Notes: generated by a model not told the origin, from the letters alone. DNA of 64,000 bases from Octopus vulgaris (GCA_951406725.2 OX597816.1:23126001-23190000), one strand, 5' to 3'. Shown: positions 14,300 to 29,190, counted from the stretch's first letter. Numbers and translations are program-made.

Positions 14300-16000
14300 A
14301 GTTTTGACATATCTATCTATTCGTGATCGACAGAGAGTGTTATCCATCAGGATATGTATTTAATACTAAGCTCTACTCTAAGTACAATTTTTCTTATTTA
14401 AAGTGAATGTAGCAATAGTCCTTTTTGGTTAGGTCACAGCAATGTCCTTAAGAACCCAGCAATAGCAATGCTCTTAACCAACAGACTGATGGATTTACTA
14501 TTATTATTAATATTATTATTACTATTCTCACATCTAATTTGGAATCCACGAATAATGATTGTTGATTAGACTGAGTAAAATATATTGAAGAACTTAAGAC
14601 TGTGTAAAGTATGCCGAGAAAATGATATTCTGGAAAGATTATAAAATTAAATTTTGCAATATTATTAACCTGAAAATATTAATTGTTGTATCTGTTAAGA
14701 GGAATCATAATCCTCGAATGGACTTCCGATTGTAAAAGATTCAGATATGTTTGAATATTTGGTCTTAGAACTTTTTAATTTCTTTTATAAAATAAAACTG
14801 CATTCACTACCATGGTGATTATGTAAAGAATAAGTATTTTTATGTGCGATGATGGATCCATTCCCTTTTTTAGTGGTTCTACTTAAGTAAAGTCACATAA
14901 TGTTAAACTTTCTGGGTATCCTTGTCTGGTCTAAAACTAGAGCAAAGGGAGTATGTATTTAATTGTTCTGGGTTTGGAAGGACAGTAAATAGTATTTAAC
15001 CAGGGTATGATGAGTTGGGCATAGTAACAAGATGAAAGTAGATCGTTGAATGCAATTTAAAATATGTGATGATGTAGGGTTGACAGAAGGTAGACCGAAT
15101 TATTGCAACTTCATTCCCTTGAAAGTTTCCGTGATCTAGCACAATTTGTTGTATATTACCTTTGTATGATGAGTCAAAAGCTCTAGCGAAGTCCTCGAAT
15201 AACCGAATAGCAAAAATAGTCTTTGCTGAAACACTTCTTTATAATTTGTATGATAGTTAATATTCTTTTCTACTCTATACACAAGACCCGAAAATTTATT
15301 TTGGTCGGGGGGCAGTCGATTAGATCAACCCCGGTATACAACAAGTATTTAATTTATCGACCTCGAATGGATGAAAGCGAAAGTCTACCACGGCAGAATT
15401 CGAACTCAGAACGTAAAGATGGACGAAATATCGCTAAGCATTTCGCCCGGCGTGCTAAATTTTCTGCCAGCTTCCGAGTTCGATTCCAGGCAGAGACCTG
15501 AATAACCCAAGTGTCTAATGTGATCAATTTGTTGGTTTTTTTAAATTTCGTTGCCTCGTTTCCAATCTACTAATGAGTTATTTTGTACTTTTTCCTTATT
15601 TGCTATTGTTACGCTTTGAAGAATTCTTATTTTACTGAAGGGCTGCTTTCTTGATAGTAGCGAATTTGTCAGTGTCAGTTTCCAAGATGCTCCGTCCCTC
15701 GATTTTGAATGAGTAGAATGCAAATTTCTATATGCAGCTTCCATTTTCTGTTTAAATCTCTGCAAATCTAATTTATATCTTGATGACGAACTGGTCATAC
15801 ATTTCCTCATTGTTATTCCGCGTAGTCCAGTAATATTGTCTATTGAGATTGCGATTGATTTGGGGTTTATTGGCACGCAGATTAGGACACCCGTTAACGG
15901 ACACGATTCGATAACCAGAAGGAATTTCTGAAAGCCGCTGTGAGCTTCCAAGTTCATCATGTTGTTAATCCACTTTAGGTTGATGAATAAGAAATGAAGA
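14300..16000 (-). mobile_element. Highly decayed RTE-like LINE, interrupted by a SINE; explains the 139-aa ORF 15541-15960
   Basis: LRGITM resembles YRGITL; EDFARAFDSSYKGNIQQIVLDHG at about 15195 resembles DFSKAFDS..RGKM.QIL..YG. Confidence 0.5.
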
Positions 16001-16930
16001 TTTGCTTTTGTGTCATTCGAGCGAGCGTATATCCATAATTTACTTCCGTTTTTCTGAACATTCGCAATTCTGCATAATAGTTCGTTTTCTCAAACAAATT
16101 TCTATGATGTTAGTAGCGGCACTAACTTGAAAATAATACAAATGAAACTCGATAGCCTCCATATGAAATGTTATTTAAGTCCATATTACAACGTTTGATC
16201 TGTTTTTCGATACTCTACGATCACTGCACTGAAAACTAAGCTTATAAGTGTCTTCACGTATTATTAAATGATGTATTACCTGACATTACTAGTTCACTCT
16301 TTCATTTGTAGCTATTTCAGAATGTAGTTGCGACTAAAATTTATACCATAATTGCCAGGGTTACTGAAGTTGAACTTCATAAATATCTTGATATTCGCTG
16401 AGCTGATCTTACTTGGAACCTCCTATACACACACACATAGAATGACGCACAGAGATATACACACACACGTTCCTTACATATGTATGTATATATTCACATT
16501 CACACACTAATTTACAATATCTATCTCTCTTTCGCAGAATGAATTATGCTATCAAATGTAAACTACATTCAAATTGAGTTCCTGAAATGCTTATCGAAAT
16601 TCATTCTTAACATAATATTCAATATCCAATAATATGCAATGCAATATTTAGCTTCATCATGGATGATTATAGTATAGTATATACATGATATAATAATATA
16701 TCATCCAAAATATTTTATTGTATAATACGCCATTATCAATAGGGAACGTGCTATGATGGTAGATAATATTCACACAACTCGAGTGGATAAAATGATATCA
16801 ATGTGGCTCCCATAGAAACAATCTTTGAGAACACGAGATCGAAAATCCTCGCAGAAAACATTTCTTCTTTTCATATATTTTGAATTTTTTAATCGAAATT
16901 CATGAATTTTATGAAAGACATGTATGATAC

Positions 16931-17152
16931 CGTTCTATATTTAAGAGATGAGGAATTATGTGCATTATTTACATTATTTATGTTATTTACATTTGACCCA
17001 GGTTCGAAATTTCCCCCAAGACACCTGATGAAGGCTGGAGGGTATAACAACCGAAAGGTTGTGTTAACAACAAACAAGATAAGGACAAATATCCGTCAAA
17101 TGTAAATAATGTAAATAATGTACATAATTCCCCATCTCTTAAATACAAAACT
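16931..17152 (+). mobile_element. Tail-only copy of the hammerhead element with an inverted terminal duplication
   Basis: gacac-CTGATGA-aggctggagggtataacaacc-GAAA-ggtt-gtgtt at 17020-17065; arms 16931-16997 and 17096-17152 are inverted. Confidence 0.65.
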
Positions 17153-18228
17153 GAAACATAGCATATTTCGTTTTTGTATTTGGTTTTCAAATGTTTCGTT
17201 CTCAACTTTTGTCTTGAAACGTATTCTGTTATGTCCGTAGAGGGTCGTTACCTCAATGATAAACACACGCACTGGTTCATTTTCACTAGTTTATATAGTG
17301 AATTAGTGAATTAGGGAATTTAACCAATTAGCTAATCGAATTTTTAATTAATCTTTCCGTCAATCAATCGATGAAAAAAGTATGTCGTTTTTGATTTCGT
17401 CGCAAATCGCCACTTCATCAATTGGACGTCTTATCTACTACAGGTCTGCCTCAGGCTAATTAAAACCGGTTCATACATATCTTCCCGTTCTTAAATAAAT
17501 TATACACCCAACCAAATCCCCATGAACTCAAAAAAGAGAACAACAATTCGAATAACCGAATAGCAAAAATAGTCTTTGCTGAAACACTTCTTTATAATTT
17601 GTATGGTAGTTAATATTCTTTTCTACTCTATACACAAGACCCGAAAATTTATTTTGGTCGGGGGCAGTCGATTAGATCAACCCCGGTATACAACAAGTAC
17701 TAAATTTATCGACCTCGAAAGGATGAAAGCAAAAGTCTACCGTGGCAGAATTCGAACTCAGAACGTAAAGATGGACGAAATATCGAAATATCGCTAAGCA
17801 TATTTTCACAAATATTCATCACACATACAAAACATGCAAACAACATAAATGTCAGACTCATGCCAGACTTATGCCTCGGCGGAATTTGATCTTAGATCGT
17901 AAAGACAAGCGAAATACTGCTAAGCATTTCGCCCGGCGTGCTACCGTTTCAGCCAGTTCTTTGCCTTTATTAACCCATATAATAACTTCGTAATGCCGCT
18001 AATTCTTTCATCTTTTGAAATGTTTAACTGAGGAAGGTTTGCGTTATCTATGCTTTGCCTATTACGTGTTACACAAACCTGAAAGATACGTATTAAATGC
18101 TTTTCAAAATATCACTATTTGATTTGACTTCATTAGTAACACACACACACATACACACACACACATACACACACACATACATGCACACACACACACAGTC
18201 ACACATATACATATGTATATATATACAT

Positions 18229-18281
<53 letters not shown>

Positions 18282-18282
<1 letters not shown>

Positions 18283-18553
18283 TTAAGAGCTCCCAAATAA
18301 GGAAGCCTAGTGCTAGGGACGCAAAAGGGATAAATTCATCGAAAACGAAAATAAAAAACATCTAATGGTAAATGTTTTTGATTTTCACTGTTGATGAATT
18401 TATCCCTTTTTGTGTCCCTAGCACTAGGCTTCCTTCTTTGGGTGCCCTTAATTATATTTCTATATGAATAATATATTGTCTAATGACTAATTCGTCTTTT
18501 GTGCAAGGCCACTGGTAATAATAATCTATGTTATTACCCTTTTTGATTATATC

Positions 18554-18608
<55 letters not shown>

Positions 18609-19344
18609 ATAGTAGAGGGAAACCACTATGTGGACACCCTTATGCTAGAAATAGATCCGCTATGGTCTTACCACTAAGAAATGTTCTCAAATTTTTCTTC
18701 AGAACATTTCTTAGTGTTAAGACCATAGCGAATCTATTTCTAACATAAGGGTGACCGCATAGTGGTTTCCCTCTAATATGTATATAATATCAATTTTACT
18801 GAACCTTCAGTTTTTTTATATGGTAGACCACTGGTGTGAAATCGATGTTAATTAAATTAATATCTAATTTCTCACTCTCATTTAAAATTTAAATCTCTCT
18901 CTATATATATATATTTATATATATATATATGCAATATCATATGTGGCAATTAGTCGGTTGCCATAATAAGACTCCGAGTTTCGGATATCGGGGCGGAAAT
19001 CTGCTCCGGCATCTCGTCAGTTATTAAGACAAACAAAAATGCTATGACAATAACCGCTAAACAAAGGGAAATTACTTTGAAGATGATCTTATTAAGACTT
19101 AGCTTCTTTCTTTGTCTTAATAACGGTCATCTTCTTAGTAATTTCCCTTTGTTTAACGGTCGTTTTCATAGCATTTTTGTTTGTCTTAATAACCGACAAG
19201 ATGCCGGAGCAGATTTCGACTCAGACATCAGAAACTCGGAATTTTATTATGGCAACCGAATAATTGTCACATATTATGTTACAGATAAATCCCTCTATTT
19301 ATACAATAGCGAGGTCGCATTCATTATTTTGTTGTCATACTATT

Positions 19345-19409
<65 letters not shown>

Positions 19410-19960
19410 CAAGGAAAAATTGTAAAAATGTAGAATGCTAAATTGAAAGAAAATTTTAATGTAAATGGGTGTATGGAAAAAGTTTTTGAAAAATTGATAA
19501 AATATATAAATATATATTAATTCAAACCGATTTTCGTCATAATGTGACTCTTCAAGCATTGTAAAGGAAATAATTTTTTTTAAAGTGAGAAAGGGGAAAA
19601 AAGAAAATTGCATTGTTTTTGGCAAAAAATAAGTACTCCGATACAGTGTGAAGTCTTTGTGTATCTTGAGTTTAATGATTGTTCACGAAAAAATTACCTT
19701 CAATATATATATATATATATTGTAATAAATTAGAGATAAAACCACTATTAGACAAATCAAACAATGAAAAACATAAGCCAATACATAAAATTTATTTAAT
19801 TTATATTATTTTATTTTATTTTAAATATATATATATATATCAGGTACACAGAAATCTAGATGGTTTTATATTTACAGATTTTTATTAATACGTCACATGT
19901 TTTTACAAATCATATTAATAAAATCTGTAAATATATAGCTATCCAGATTTCTGAGTACCT
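18282..19960. repeat. Cluster of four unrelated long palindromes between (TA)n tracts
   Basis: Palindromes at 18282-18452, 18609-18779, 18933-19280 and 19842-19960. Confidence 0.9.
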
Positions 19961-20855
19961 TATTTCTTCTAATATATAATACCTGTACATCACCTCCAAA
20001 CCTTCTAATATATATATATCCCTCTAAAATAATTACAAGCAGACAGAATTTATGATATAGCTCTCTCTTTTCCATGTCCCTTAATAGTTATTTATTCGAG
20101 TTCTCTTCTTTGAAATGCAGTATTTCTCCATTTTTCTTTTTCATTCGTTCTTTTTATATAAAATATAATATTACAATGCCATTTATAAAACAATAAATTA
20201 TTTATAAATTGTATTTATAAGAAAATTATTTGTATGTATTAGAATATAAACCTTCCGCGTTATCCTTAGTTATCTTATATATCCAGTATTTATTTTTTCC
20301 CATAGAAAATAACTGATAGAAGAAAATATATGCATGAATTACCTGATATAATTTTATTTGAATGCATAGCAACAGTGTCAAAGTTAAATTCAAAGGACAA
20401 CCCGATAAAAGGGATACGTGACAATTGCTCTTTCCATTTTATTGTGTTATATATATTGGGCGGGCTGGCAGAAACGTTAGCAGGCCGTACGAAATGCGTA
20501 GCCGTATTTTGTCTGCCGTTAAGTTCTGAGTTCAAATTCCGCCGAGGTCGACTTTGCCTTTCGGGGTCGATAAATTAAGTACCAGTTACGCACTGGGGTC
20601 GATATAATCGACTTAATACTTTGTCCTTGTTTGTCCCCTCTATGTTTAGCCTCTTGTGGGTAATAAAGAAATATATATTATTTACCTCCTCCATACGCGA
20701 AATATCTTCCGTACGGTAAAGTCGTTCCGTATGCATGCGGGTTTGTTTTCCATTTTTTAAATATTTCCTTCAGTCATGACTCATAACGCCGGTTATTCGG
20801 TTTCCATGGAATACAAGCGATCGGGATAACAACATACCTTCTGAAGGGGATGGTG

Positions 20856-21341
20856 GGATCTTTACCCTTTGAACGGCTGATCGAGAAATTAGCTTTTTGT
20901 AATTAAACACTTTCAAACTTCGTACACTAGTAGAATGTGTCATATAAAACACCTTTTACTCTTAGTGTTATTGAGAAAAACCCTAACCCTAAAACCGTAA
21001 CCCTAACGCTAAGACACTAACCCTAAAACCTTAAAGCGAAAACCAGTACAAACGCACGAACGATGTCATAAATAATAGTGACAAGCAAAATATACACCGC
21101 CAGTTGTTGTTGACAAGCAACAGCAGTAATTTTATTCAGCTGAATACACGTCATTGATTGGTTGAAATTACGGAAATATGACAAATTTAGCACGAAATAA
21201 CTTTGAATATATAAACTTTTCTCAACAACACTAAGAGTAAAAGATGTTTTATATGACACATTCTACCAGTGTCCGAATTTTGAAAGTTTTTAGTTACAAA
21301 AAGATTAATTTCTCAATCTGCCGGTCAAAGGGAAACGATCC
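20856..21341. mobile_element. Related GGATC-terminal long-TIR element with (CCCTAA)n
   Basis: About 120-bp imperfect TIRs ggatctttaccctttgaacggc / gccggtcaaagggaaacgatcc; flanks ggatggtg / ggatgatg (8 bp, one mismatch); telomere-like repeats at about 20981-21027. Confidence 0.8.
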
Positions 21342-22036
21342 GGATGATGCTCACCTGCAGGGTCCATAGCCAATAATTTCGTGGGGTGAGGACAAGTCGA
21401 TTACATTGATGCTAGTAACTGACTAGGACATTATTCTAGCAACACCAAGGGAGTGAAAGGGAAATTGATCACGGTAGAAATTGAACTCAGAGCGTAAAGA
21501 ACTAGAATAGCGCTCAGCATTTTGTTCGTGCTAAAGATTTTTATTTAATTATTGCCCACAAGGAGCTAAACATAGAAGGGACAATCAAGGACTGACAAAG
21601 GGATTAAGTCAATTACATTGACCCCAGTACGTAACTGGTACTTAATTTATCGACCCTGAAAGGTTGAAAGGCAAAGTCGACCTCGGCGGCATTTGAACTC
21701 AGAACGTAACGGCAGATGAAATACCGCTAAGCATTTCGCCCAGCGTGCCAAAGATTCTGCTAGCTCACCACCTAGGCATGTCATTTAACACTAGGAAATT
21801 GGCGGCCAACTGGCAGTCTCACTATATAGACGTTATCATGGTGTATATTATTTAACTGCTCCTTAGATTCCGTAAGCGGATTGCGGGCACGCTAGGGCAC
21901 TGCTGCGGAGGGTTTTCTAGGTCTCTAGCTGAACCGCTAAGTTATGAGGACGTAAGCAAAACAAGACCAGTTGTGAAATAGTCATACACACAGACATAAA
22001 CACACACACATACACACACCACACACACACATATAC

Positions 22037-22087
<51 letters not shown>

Positions 22088-22110
22088 TATATACATATAT
22101 ATATATATAC

Positions 22111-22155
<45 letters not shown>

Positions 22156-22205
22156 TATATGTATATAAATATATATATACATATATATGTATGTATATAT
22201 ATGTA

Positions 22206-22242
<37 letters not shown>

Positions 22243-22836
22243 GTAGTGGGTACCGGTTTTCTTCCCTACTTCAAGGAGTGACGACCCTGCCTGACACGAA
22301 TCCCGGGCTCAGCCGGCTCCGGTTGACAGTCCTCGGTATGGGCCTCTATCCAGGGTTACGGAAAGGAGACAACCTTCAAAGAAATCCGGAGTGGAGCCCC
22401 GTCGGTGGTTTAGTGTTCGACTCGACATTCTTCTGTTAGCTCCTGCAACCAAGATGGTGCCAAACGTATTGCTTTGCACTCCTTTGGACTACGTCAGCAA
22501 GGTCGAGAGAGGAATCCTGTTGATTGGGCTACCCAGGATTTTCTTACGTCTAGCCCAGGCCTGCGCAAAACTGGAGAAGACATGAAATGTAAAAACCCGA
22601 CTGCTTTAGTTTATGCGCGACTCCATTGTCTCCCGAGACAAAAGGATGCCAACAACAATATATATACTCCTTTTTACTGTAAGTACAAGGTCTGAACTTT
22701 GTGGGAAGGCAGTCAGTTGATTACATTGATCCCAGCACTCAACTGGTACTTATTTTATCGACTCCCAAAAGGATGAAATGTGAAGTTGGCCTCGGAAGAA
22801 TTTGAACTCAGAACTTACACACGGAAGAAATGCTGC

Positions 22837-22867
<31 letters not shown>

Positions 22868-24304
22868 CTTTTACCTGTTTCAGTTATCTCACTACGGCCA
22901 TGCTGGGGCACCAAGTTGTAGGGTTTAGTCGAGCAAATCCACCCCAGGACGTGTGTGTATGTATGTGTGTGTGTGCGCGCGCGTGTGTGTGTGTGTGTGT
23001 GTGTGTGATGGGTTTTCACAAATATTCCGCCTATGAAGTTAATTGAAAAAACAAGACATTAGCCCAAGGTGGCGCACAGTTGGAAAGAACACGAATCCAC
23101 ATGCTTGCAAAATGAGTTTCTTAACCGTATACCCACGCATTTACCTCCCACAAAACAGTTCAAAATGACATCAACACCACGGTGAAGAAGATATGTATGT
23201 AATACTGCTATTCTATATACATCGTAAAGTGCATATTCTTGTATGATGAGACGTCCAGTTAATAATATATTTTCAATAAAGACAAATTGTAAAATTATGG
23301 ATGTATATTCCCACTTTAGAATTTTTAATTACGTATCTTATTTGTTTAACATCTGTTCTGTGACTGAAATAATGTGTATCTGTCTTGTCGTTTGTGAATA
23401 GCGACGAAAGCCCATTGCACTTTAAATGTTGCTTGCTTATAATAACAACTAGATATCTGGTTGTTGCGATACTGCTGTCAGCCGTCGGTAGAACCGTTCA
23501 GTTAGCTTCCTACGAATCGTTGATTTCGTGTTTGGATTTGGTTTTAAAGATTCTCCCCAGACACAACAGAATCGTTGATTGATTTACGAGAAATAAATTC
23601 TATCAGTTTCACCGCCAAATAATTCGACGATATGTAGCGCCAAATATTTCACGAGAAATTCCGGTATTGTGTTTTTCCCCATTCTATTAAATGTAAGAGC
23701 TACCATTCGCTCTATATAAAGCAACATTGGTTATAAGGCAATAATTTGCCGTTTTTTTCGACAGCTTCAACAGATTTAAACTCCGTTTAAATATAGAAAA
23801 CAAGCGCATAAACTTATCTATATGTAATAAAAACTGGAACGTAACTAGGTGTAAGATTTTTTCTCAAAGAAATGTTACAGTGAGGTTTGTGTGTTAATAA
23901 CGCAGGTCTTTGCTATGAACGCCCTCGGATCATCAGGCATTGTATTCCTACCTGATTTGCTCTCCTAGTTTACGAATTCTTCTGATAATTCTGAACTTCA
24001 CCGAAGATGTTTCTTTTTTTTTTCTGACATAGAAAATGTTAAAATCGCTGAGCATTTTGTCTGGTGTACTGACGGTTCTACCGGCTAGCCGCCTTATACT
24101 GAAGTATATCTACTCCTTTTTACTGTAAGTAGAAGGCCTGAACTTTGTGGGAAGGCAGTCAGTTGATTACATTGACCCCAGTACTCAACTGGTACTTATT
24201 TTATCGACCCCCAAAAGGATGAAATGTAAAGTTGGCCTCGGCAGAATTTGAACTCAGAACAAACACGGAAGAAATGCCGCTAAGCATTTCATCTAGCGTA
24301 CTAA

Positions 24305-24625
24305 AGACTCCGCCGGTTACGACGACGAGGGTCCCAGCTGATACGATCAACGGAACAGCTTGCTCGTGAAATTAACGTGCAAATGGCTGAGCATTCCACA
24401 GACACGTGTACCCTTAACGTAGTTCTCGGGGATAATCAGCGTGACACAGAGAGTGACAAGGCTGACCCTTTGAAATACAAGTACAACTCATTTTTGCCAG
24501 CTGAGTGGACTGGAGCAACGTGAAATAAAGTGTCTTGCTCAAGGACACAACGCGTCGCCGGGAATCGAACTCACAACCTTACGATCATGAGCCGAATGCC
24601 CTAACCACTAAGCCACGCGCCCTCA
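24305..24625 (-). mobile_element. Young SINE (family D) nested in an older SINE, 12-bp TSD
   Basis: TSD ctagcgtactaa at 24293-24304 and 24626-24637; nearly identical to 59951-60278. Confidence 0.9.
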
Positions 24626-24694
24626 CTAGCGTACTAACGTTGTTGCCAGTTACCCAACTTATGAATCAATATTTATGCTGCTACTACCGACCAT

Positions 24695-25265
24695 GAGCTG
24701 GCAGAAACGTTAGCACGCCGGACGAAATGCGTAGCCGTATTTCGTCTGTTGTAACGTTCTGAGTTCAAATTCCGCCGAGGTCGACTTTGCCTTTCATCCT
24801 TTTCGGGTCGATTAAATAAGTACAATTACGCACTGGGGTCGATATAATCTACTTAATCCGTTTGCCTGTCCTTTTTTGTCTTCTCTACGTTTAGCCCCTT
24901 GTGAGTAGTAAAGAAATAGGTATTTCGTCTGCCGCTGCGGTCTGTGTTCAAATTCCGCCGAGGTCGACTTTGCCTTTCATCCTTTCGGGGTCGATAAATT
25001 AAGTACCAGTTACGCACTGAGGTCGATGTAATCGACTTAACCCATTTGTCTGTCCTTGTTTGTCCCTTCTGTGTTTAGCCCCTTGTGGGTAATAAAGAAA
25101 TAGGTATTTCGTCTGCCGCTACGGTCTGTGTTCAAATTCCGCCGAGGTCGACTTTGCCTTTTATCCTTTCGGGGTCGATAACTTAAGTACTAGTTGCGTA
25201 CTGGGGTCGATGTAATCGACTGGCCCCCTCCTCAAAAATTTCGGGCTTTATGCCTAGAGTAGAAA
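24695..25265 (+). mobile_element. tRNA-derived SINE (family B, Meta-domain-like) with internally triplicated body. Other copies: about 3050-3260(-), 8159-8490(-), 20460-20672(+), 21370-21775(-), 36271-36503(-), 37645-38270(+)
   Basis: Head gagctggcagaaacgttagc; repeated core gtcgactttgcctttcatcctttcggggtcgataaattaagtacc. Confidence 0.85.
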
Positions 25266-25367
25266 CGAAAATTTATAATACTACTTCGCAAGCATTTTGC
25301 CGGTAAATAATTTCATTACTTCTTTCAGTTCAACATAAAAGGAGATATTTGTTTAATATATCTCAGT

Positions 25368-26308
25368 CAGGGTTCAATCAGTGTGCAAGAACTTATGCAT
25401 GTAGTTTCTACTTAGATTATTAAATTATGTGTGCAGAACCAGTTATCGGATTGGGTTATCACAACTGTAGTGCACGAGGACATTTGATACATGCTGTACG
25501 GACCAAGAAGTGCTCGATATATCTCTGTAAAGACCGGAGTACCGTTTAATATGTGTTAAGCGGTTACTTAACAAAGCTGGAAATCTTCACACACATGGTA
25601 TGTTTTGGTACTTCTCTGATTAGAAAACTTTCGACAAAGACGAGAGGCTTAACAGGAGATATGACAGGCGTTTGTGTGTAGATCTTTATAATGCGCCCAG
25701 AGTGATGTCCACTAAGTTTCTAGCTGCAATGGTTTTAGAAGTGGTGAGTAACGAAGGACAAGCCACCTCACATCATTCAATAGGGGTATTAAAATTATGC
25801 CAAACACTGAGAGTTGTTAAACCCTCGATGGATGACGTATACAGTGAAAGGCTATGCGCGTTACAACAATACATAGTTCTTGTGCACAAAGGCCTTATAA
25901 TCCAAGAATGGATGTTAGGAAATATTTATGATTATATAACATGAATTAAGTGATCTCTAAACTGACCAGATTCACATTTCATGAAAGGCTGCTTGGGTAG
26001 TTTTTCAAAGGGAGATTATTCGACATCCTCACAACACTGTAGATTCTCTCTGAAGTACGCCATTGTCCAGGAGATGAGAGAAATGAATAATGACCGTTTA
26101 GTACAAGCGGGAAAAAGACTTCAGTGTTTAAGCGAAGGAGTGAACAGAACTGAATGCGGCTCCGTAGAATAATATGAAAACGCTGCTTATCGAAAGGATG
26201 TGCACAAAACTTTATTAGAAAACATTTTTTGTTTTTGTGTTTGTGTTAGATTAGAGTTGTTTTATTAACTACCAAGTATGTCTTCAAATACCTCTTGTTC
26301 ACACCCTG
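25368..26308 (+). mobile_element. Tc1/mariner (DD37D/maT-like) relic
   Basis: TKFLAAMVLEVVSNEG and LQQYIVLVHKGLIIQEWMLGNIYDYIT resemble TKFPA.VMVLGVVSNEG and FQQDSAPAHK...QEW; cagggt.../...accctg ends. Confidence 0.65.
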
Positions 26309-26319
26309 TGTGTATACAT

Positions 26320-26350
<31 letters not shown>

Positions 26351-26351
26351 T

Positions 26352-26420
<69 letters not shown>

Positions 26421-26477
26421 CAGCTAGATAGATAGACAGATATATGGATAAAGAGATAGACAGACAGACAGACAGAC

Positions 26478-26557
<80 letters not shown>
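26320..26557. repeat. (GATA)n/(GACA)n microsatellite; another at 10683-10749
   Basis: Directly visible. Confidence 0.97.
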
Positions 26558-26558
<1 letters not shown>

Positions 26559-27499
26559 CACCTACTCACACACACACACAACATTATCATCACCACCATT
26601 ATTATAAGTATTAACGTCGCCGCAGTCGTTTTTGTTATCGTCATTCATATCGCCGTGGTCGTCGTCGTCATTGTTATCTTCGCTGTTGTCGTCCTCCTCC
26701 TCATCATCATCATTACCATTACCATCACCGATTTGTACCGATGGCAATAAACATCTTACTTTCCCCCCACCCAAAAAAAAAAGAAGAAGAAAAATTTAAT
26801 GAACGCAAAGTACACATTTCATTCACTACGAAGTCGTTGCTAATGGCGTTGCTAACTTGTAGACTGATTTCTAAAATGAGGATGTTAACGTTATCAGTAA
26901 AGTCTTCTAAAACACACACAAAAAAAAAAATTTAAACCAGCGCCGGCGATATTGAGAATATAAAAATTCCTTCCGCTTTTCTTCAGAGGTTGCTGTCATT
27001 TCACCTTGGATTATGTACATGCATTTTGCTTGGTTTTTCTTCCCAATTGCCGCTGTTATTAAGCCAAATTTGCAAGATTGGCAGGGAAATTAGAGAACTG
27101 TAAGTATTCCTTTTCTAGTTTTCTTTAAATGTATTTAAGTGTATATTTGTTATCATAGCCATTTATACTGAACCGCCGTGGGACGTTACAGGGCGGGTAA
27201 TACTGCCACATATAAGAAATAGCTGAAAAACCACTAAGATATTGCAATTTGCTACTCTGAAAAAAATTGGCAATGTAGAATGTAGTTCTAAATTTATCTA
27301 AGATGCATTGTTTTTAACAAAAAAACTCCATAATGAATGTTATCTGAGCAGATGTACTGCAGAATCTAGCCTATCAACTATTAACAGTGGGCACACATTA
27401 ATATGATACATAGATGCCTATTTCAATTAAATACAGCATCAAATACGTATACCGGATTTTTAAAAAAACTGGACTTTTATTCGTAACATAAGTGAGTAA

Positions 27500-27895
27500 T
27501 TATGTACATTATTTAACTTATTTATATTATTTACATTTGACGGATATTTGTTCTCATCTTGTTTCTTAACACAATGCTAGGACGCAAAACCTCCTAAGCA
27601 GACTAAGTGCAGATATGAGAACCGGTATTAAGGAAGGATAGGAAAATATTAGATTTATAAGCCCTAAAATTTACTCTATAATTGCCCACGCGGGCCACTA
27701 ACCCCAAGATTCCGAGTTCGATTCCAGGCAGTGACCTTAATAATAATAATATCGTAAAATAACTTAGGAATGAGAACCCAGGTTCGAAATTTCCCCAAGA
27801 CACATGATGAAGGCTGGAGGGTATATACGCCAGAACGTAGTGCTAACAACAAACAAGATGAGGACAAATATCCATCAAATGTAAATAATGTATCA
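27500..27895 (+). mobile_element. Second copy of the tRNA-head/hammerhead element, preceded by an inverted copy of its own tail
   Basis: B-box head at about 27690-27737, (AAT)n, tail with gacac-ATGATGA-aggctggaggg; inverted tail at about 27500-27575. Confidence 0.65.
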
Positions 27896-28027
27896 GTGAG
27901 TTTTATTCATCATCTCCTATGTCAGAGACAATGAATTCTCGTCCAAGGACAAGGCTAGGTTTATATATCCGTCAGAAGTATTTTTCTGTCTTCCTCACTC
28001 TCTCTATCTCTCCCTCTCTCTCATTAT

Positions 28028-28096
<69 letters not shown>

Positions 28097-28836
28097 GGGT
28101 GCGGTAAATAAACTATCGTCTAATTACGCCAAAAGGAAAATTTTAGCAGAACGTAATTAAGATTCAGTAGAATTAGGTATTAAAATTGAGGCACCTTGTT
28201 AAACAATATCGGGTGAATATAAAATTCTGTGCAGAAGTATTTGCGCTTGATATTCTTGCACTGCATGCATATAACACGACTCAACTTAATAAAGAGATCT
28301 GCTGTTGGTTATTCAGACATGTACTTTATATAAATATACAAAATTTCCGAAGTGCAGATTTCAGGGTAGGTGAATATGATATAAATGAGTAACACGGGTG
28401 TACAGGTGTCAATTCATGGATTGACACATGCACATCTATGTTACTCATTTATAATTCATTTTAACAGATAAATTTACCAAAATATCTTGAAATACTATAA
28501 GTGAATGTATTCAACACAATCGCCATTGACTTCAACCACAGCCGCCAGATGATTTCGAAACTGTTCTGGATGTTCTCCTTGTTTAAGCATGATCACAGCT
28601 CATTAGCTGAAACTAAATCAATCAAATCAAATCAAGTCATGTATATACATAGCCTTCAGAGCTGATTTGGTAGAGAGAATCTGAAAGAAGCCTGTCGTGT
28701 GTGTATATATATGTATATATATATATATATATATATAAGGCCAACGAGGGTACGGACGTCGCTATATATATATCGTATGTAGAAAAATACAAACTGCCTT
28801 TATCGGCAGACGAAGACAACGATGTTCCAAATACAC

Positions 28837-29108
28837 CAGCTAAACTTGTACTGTTTATTAGTCGCAAACACCCGCTATTTTTGTCCACATGTTTATACCA
28901 TTATTGTTTTTCTGTCCCTGTTTCGTATACATTCGATCCTTCTTCCAAGAAATCTAATGCTCGTAGCTTAGTTTTTCCTTGGGGCTGGCCGGATCGGAGC
29001 GATCTCAAGATTAATCAGTCGAAATTGCTGCTAGGATGATCCGGTTCTTGACTGTATCGTCTTCTAAATGTTTTACGTTCTTGTCCCAGTTTGTATTTTT
29101 CTACATAT

Positions 29109-29155
<47 letters not shown>

Positions 29156-29156
29156 G

Positions 29157-29190
<34 letters not shown>

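Noticed and set aside
15541-15960. 139-aa ORF as a host gene
   Set aside because: No domain or exon context; traces of RTE-like RT motifs within and beside it suggest a decayed LINE.
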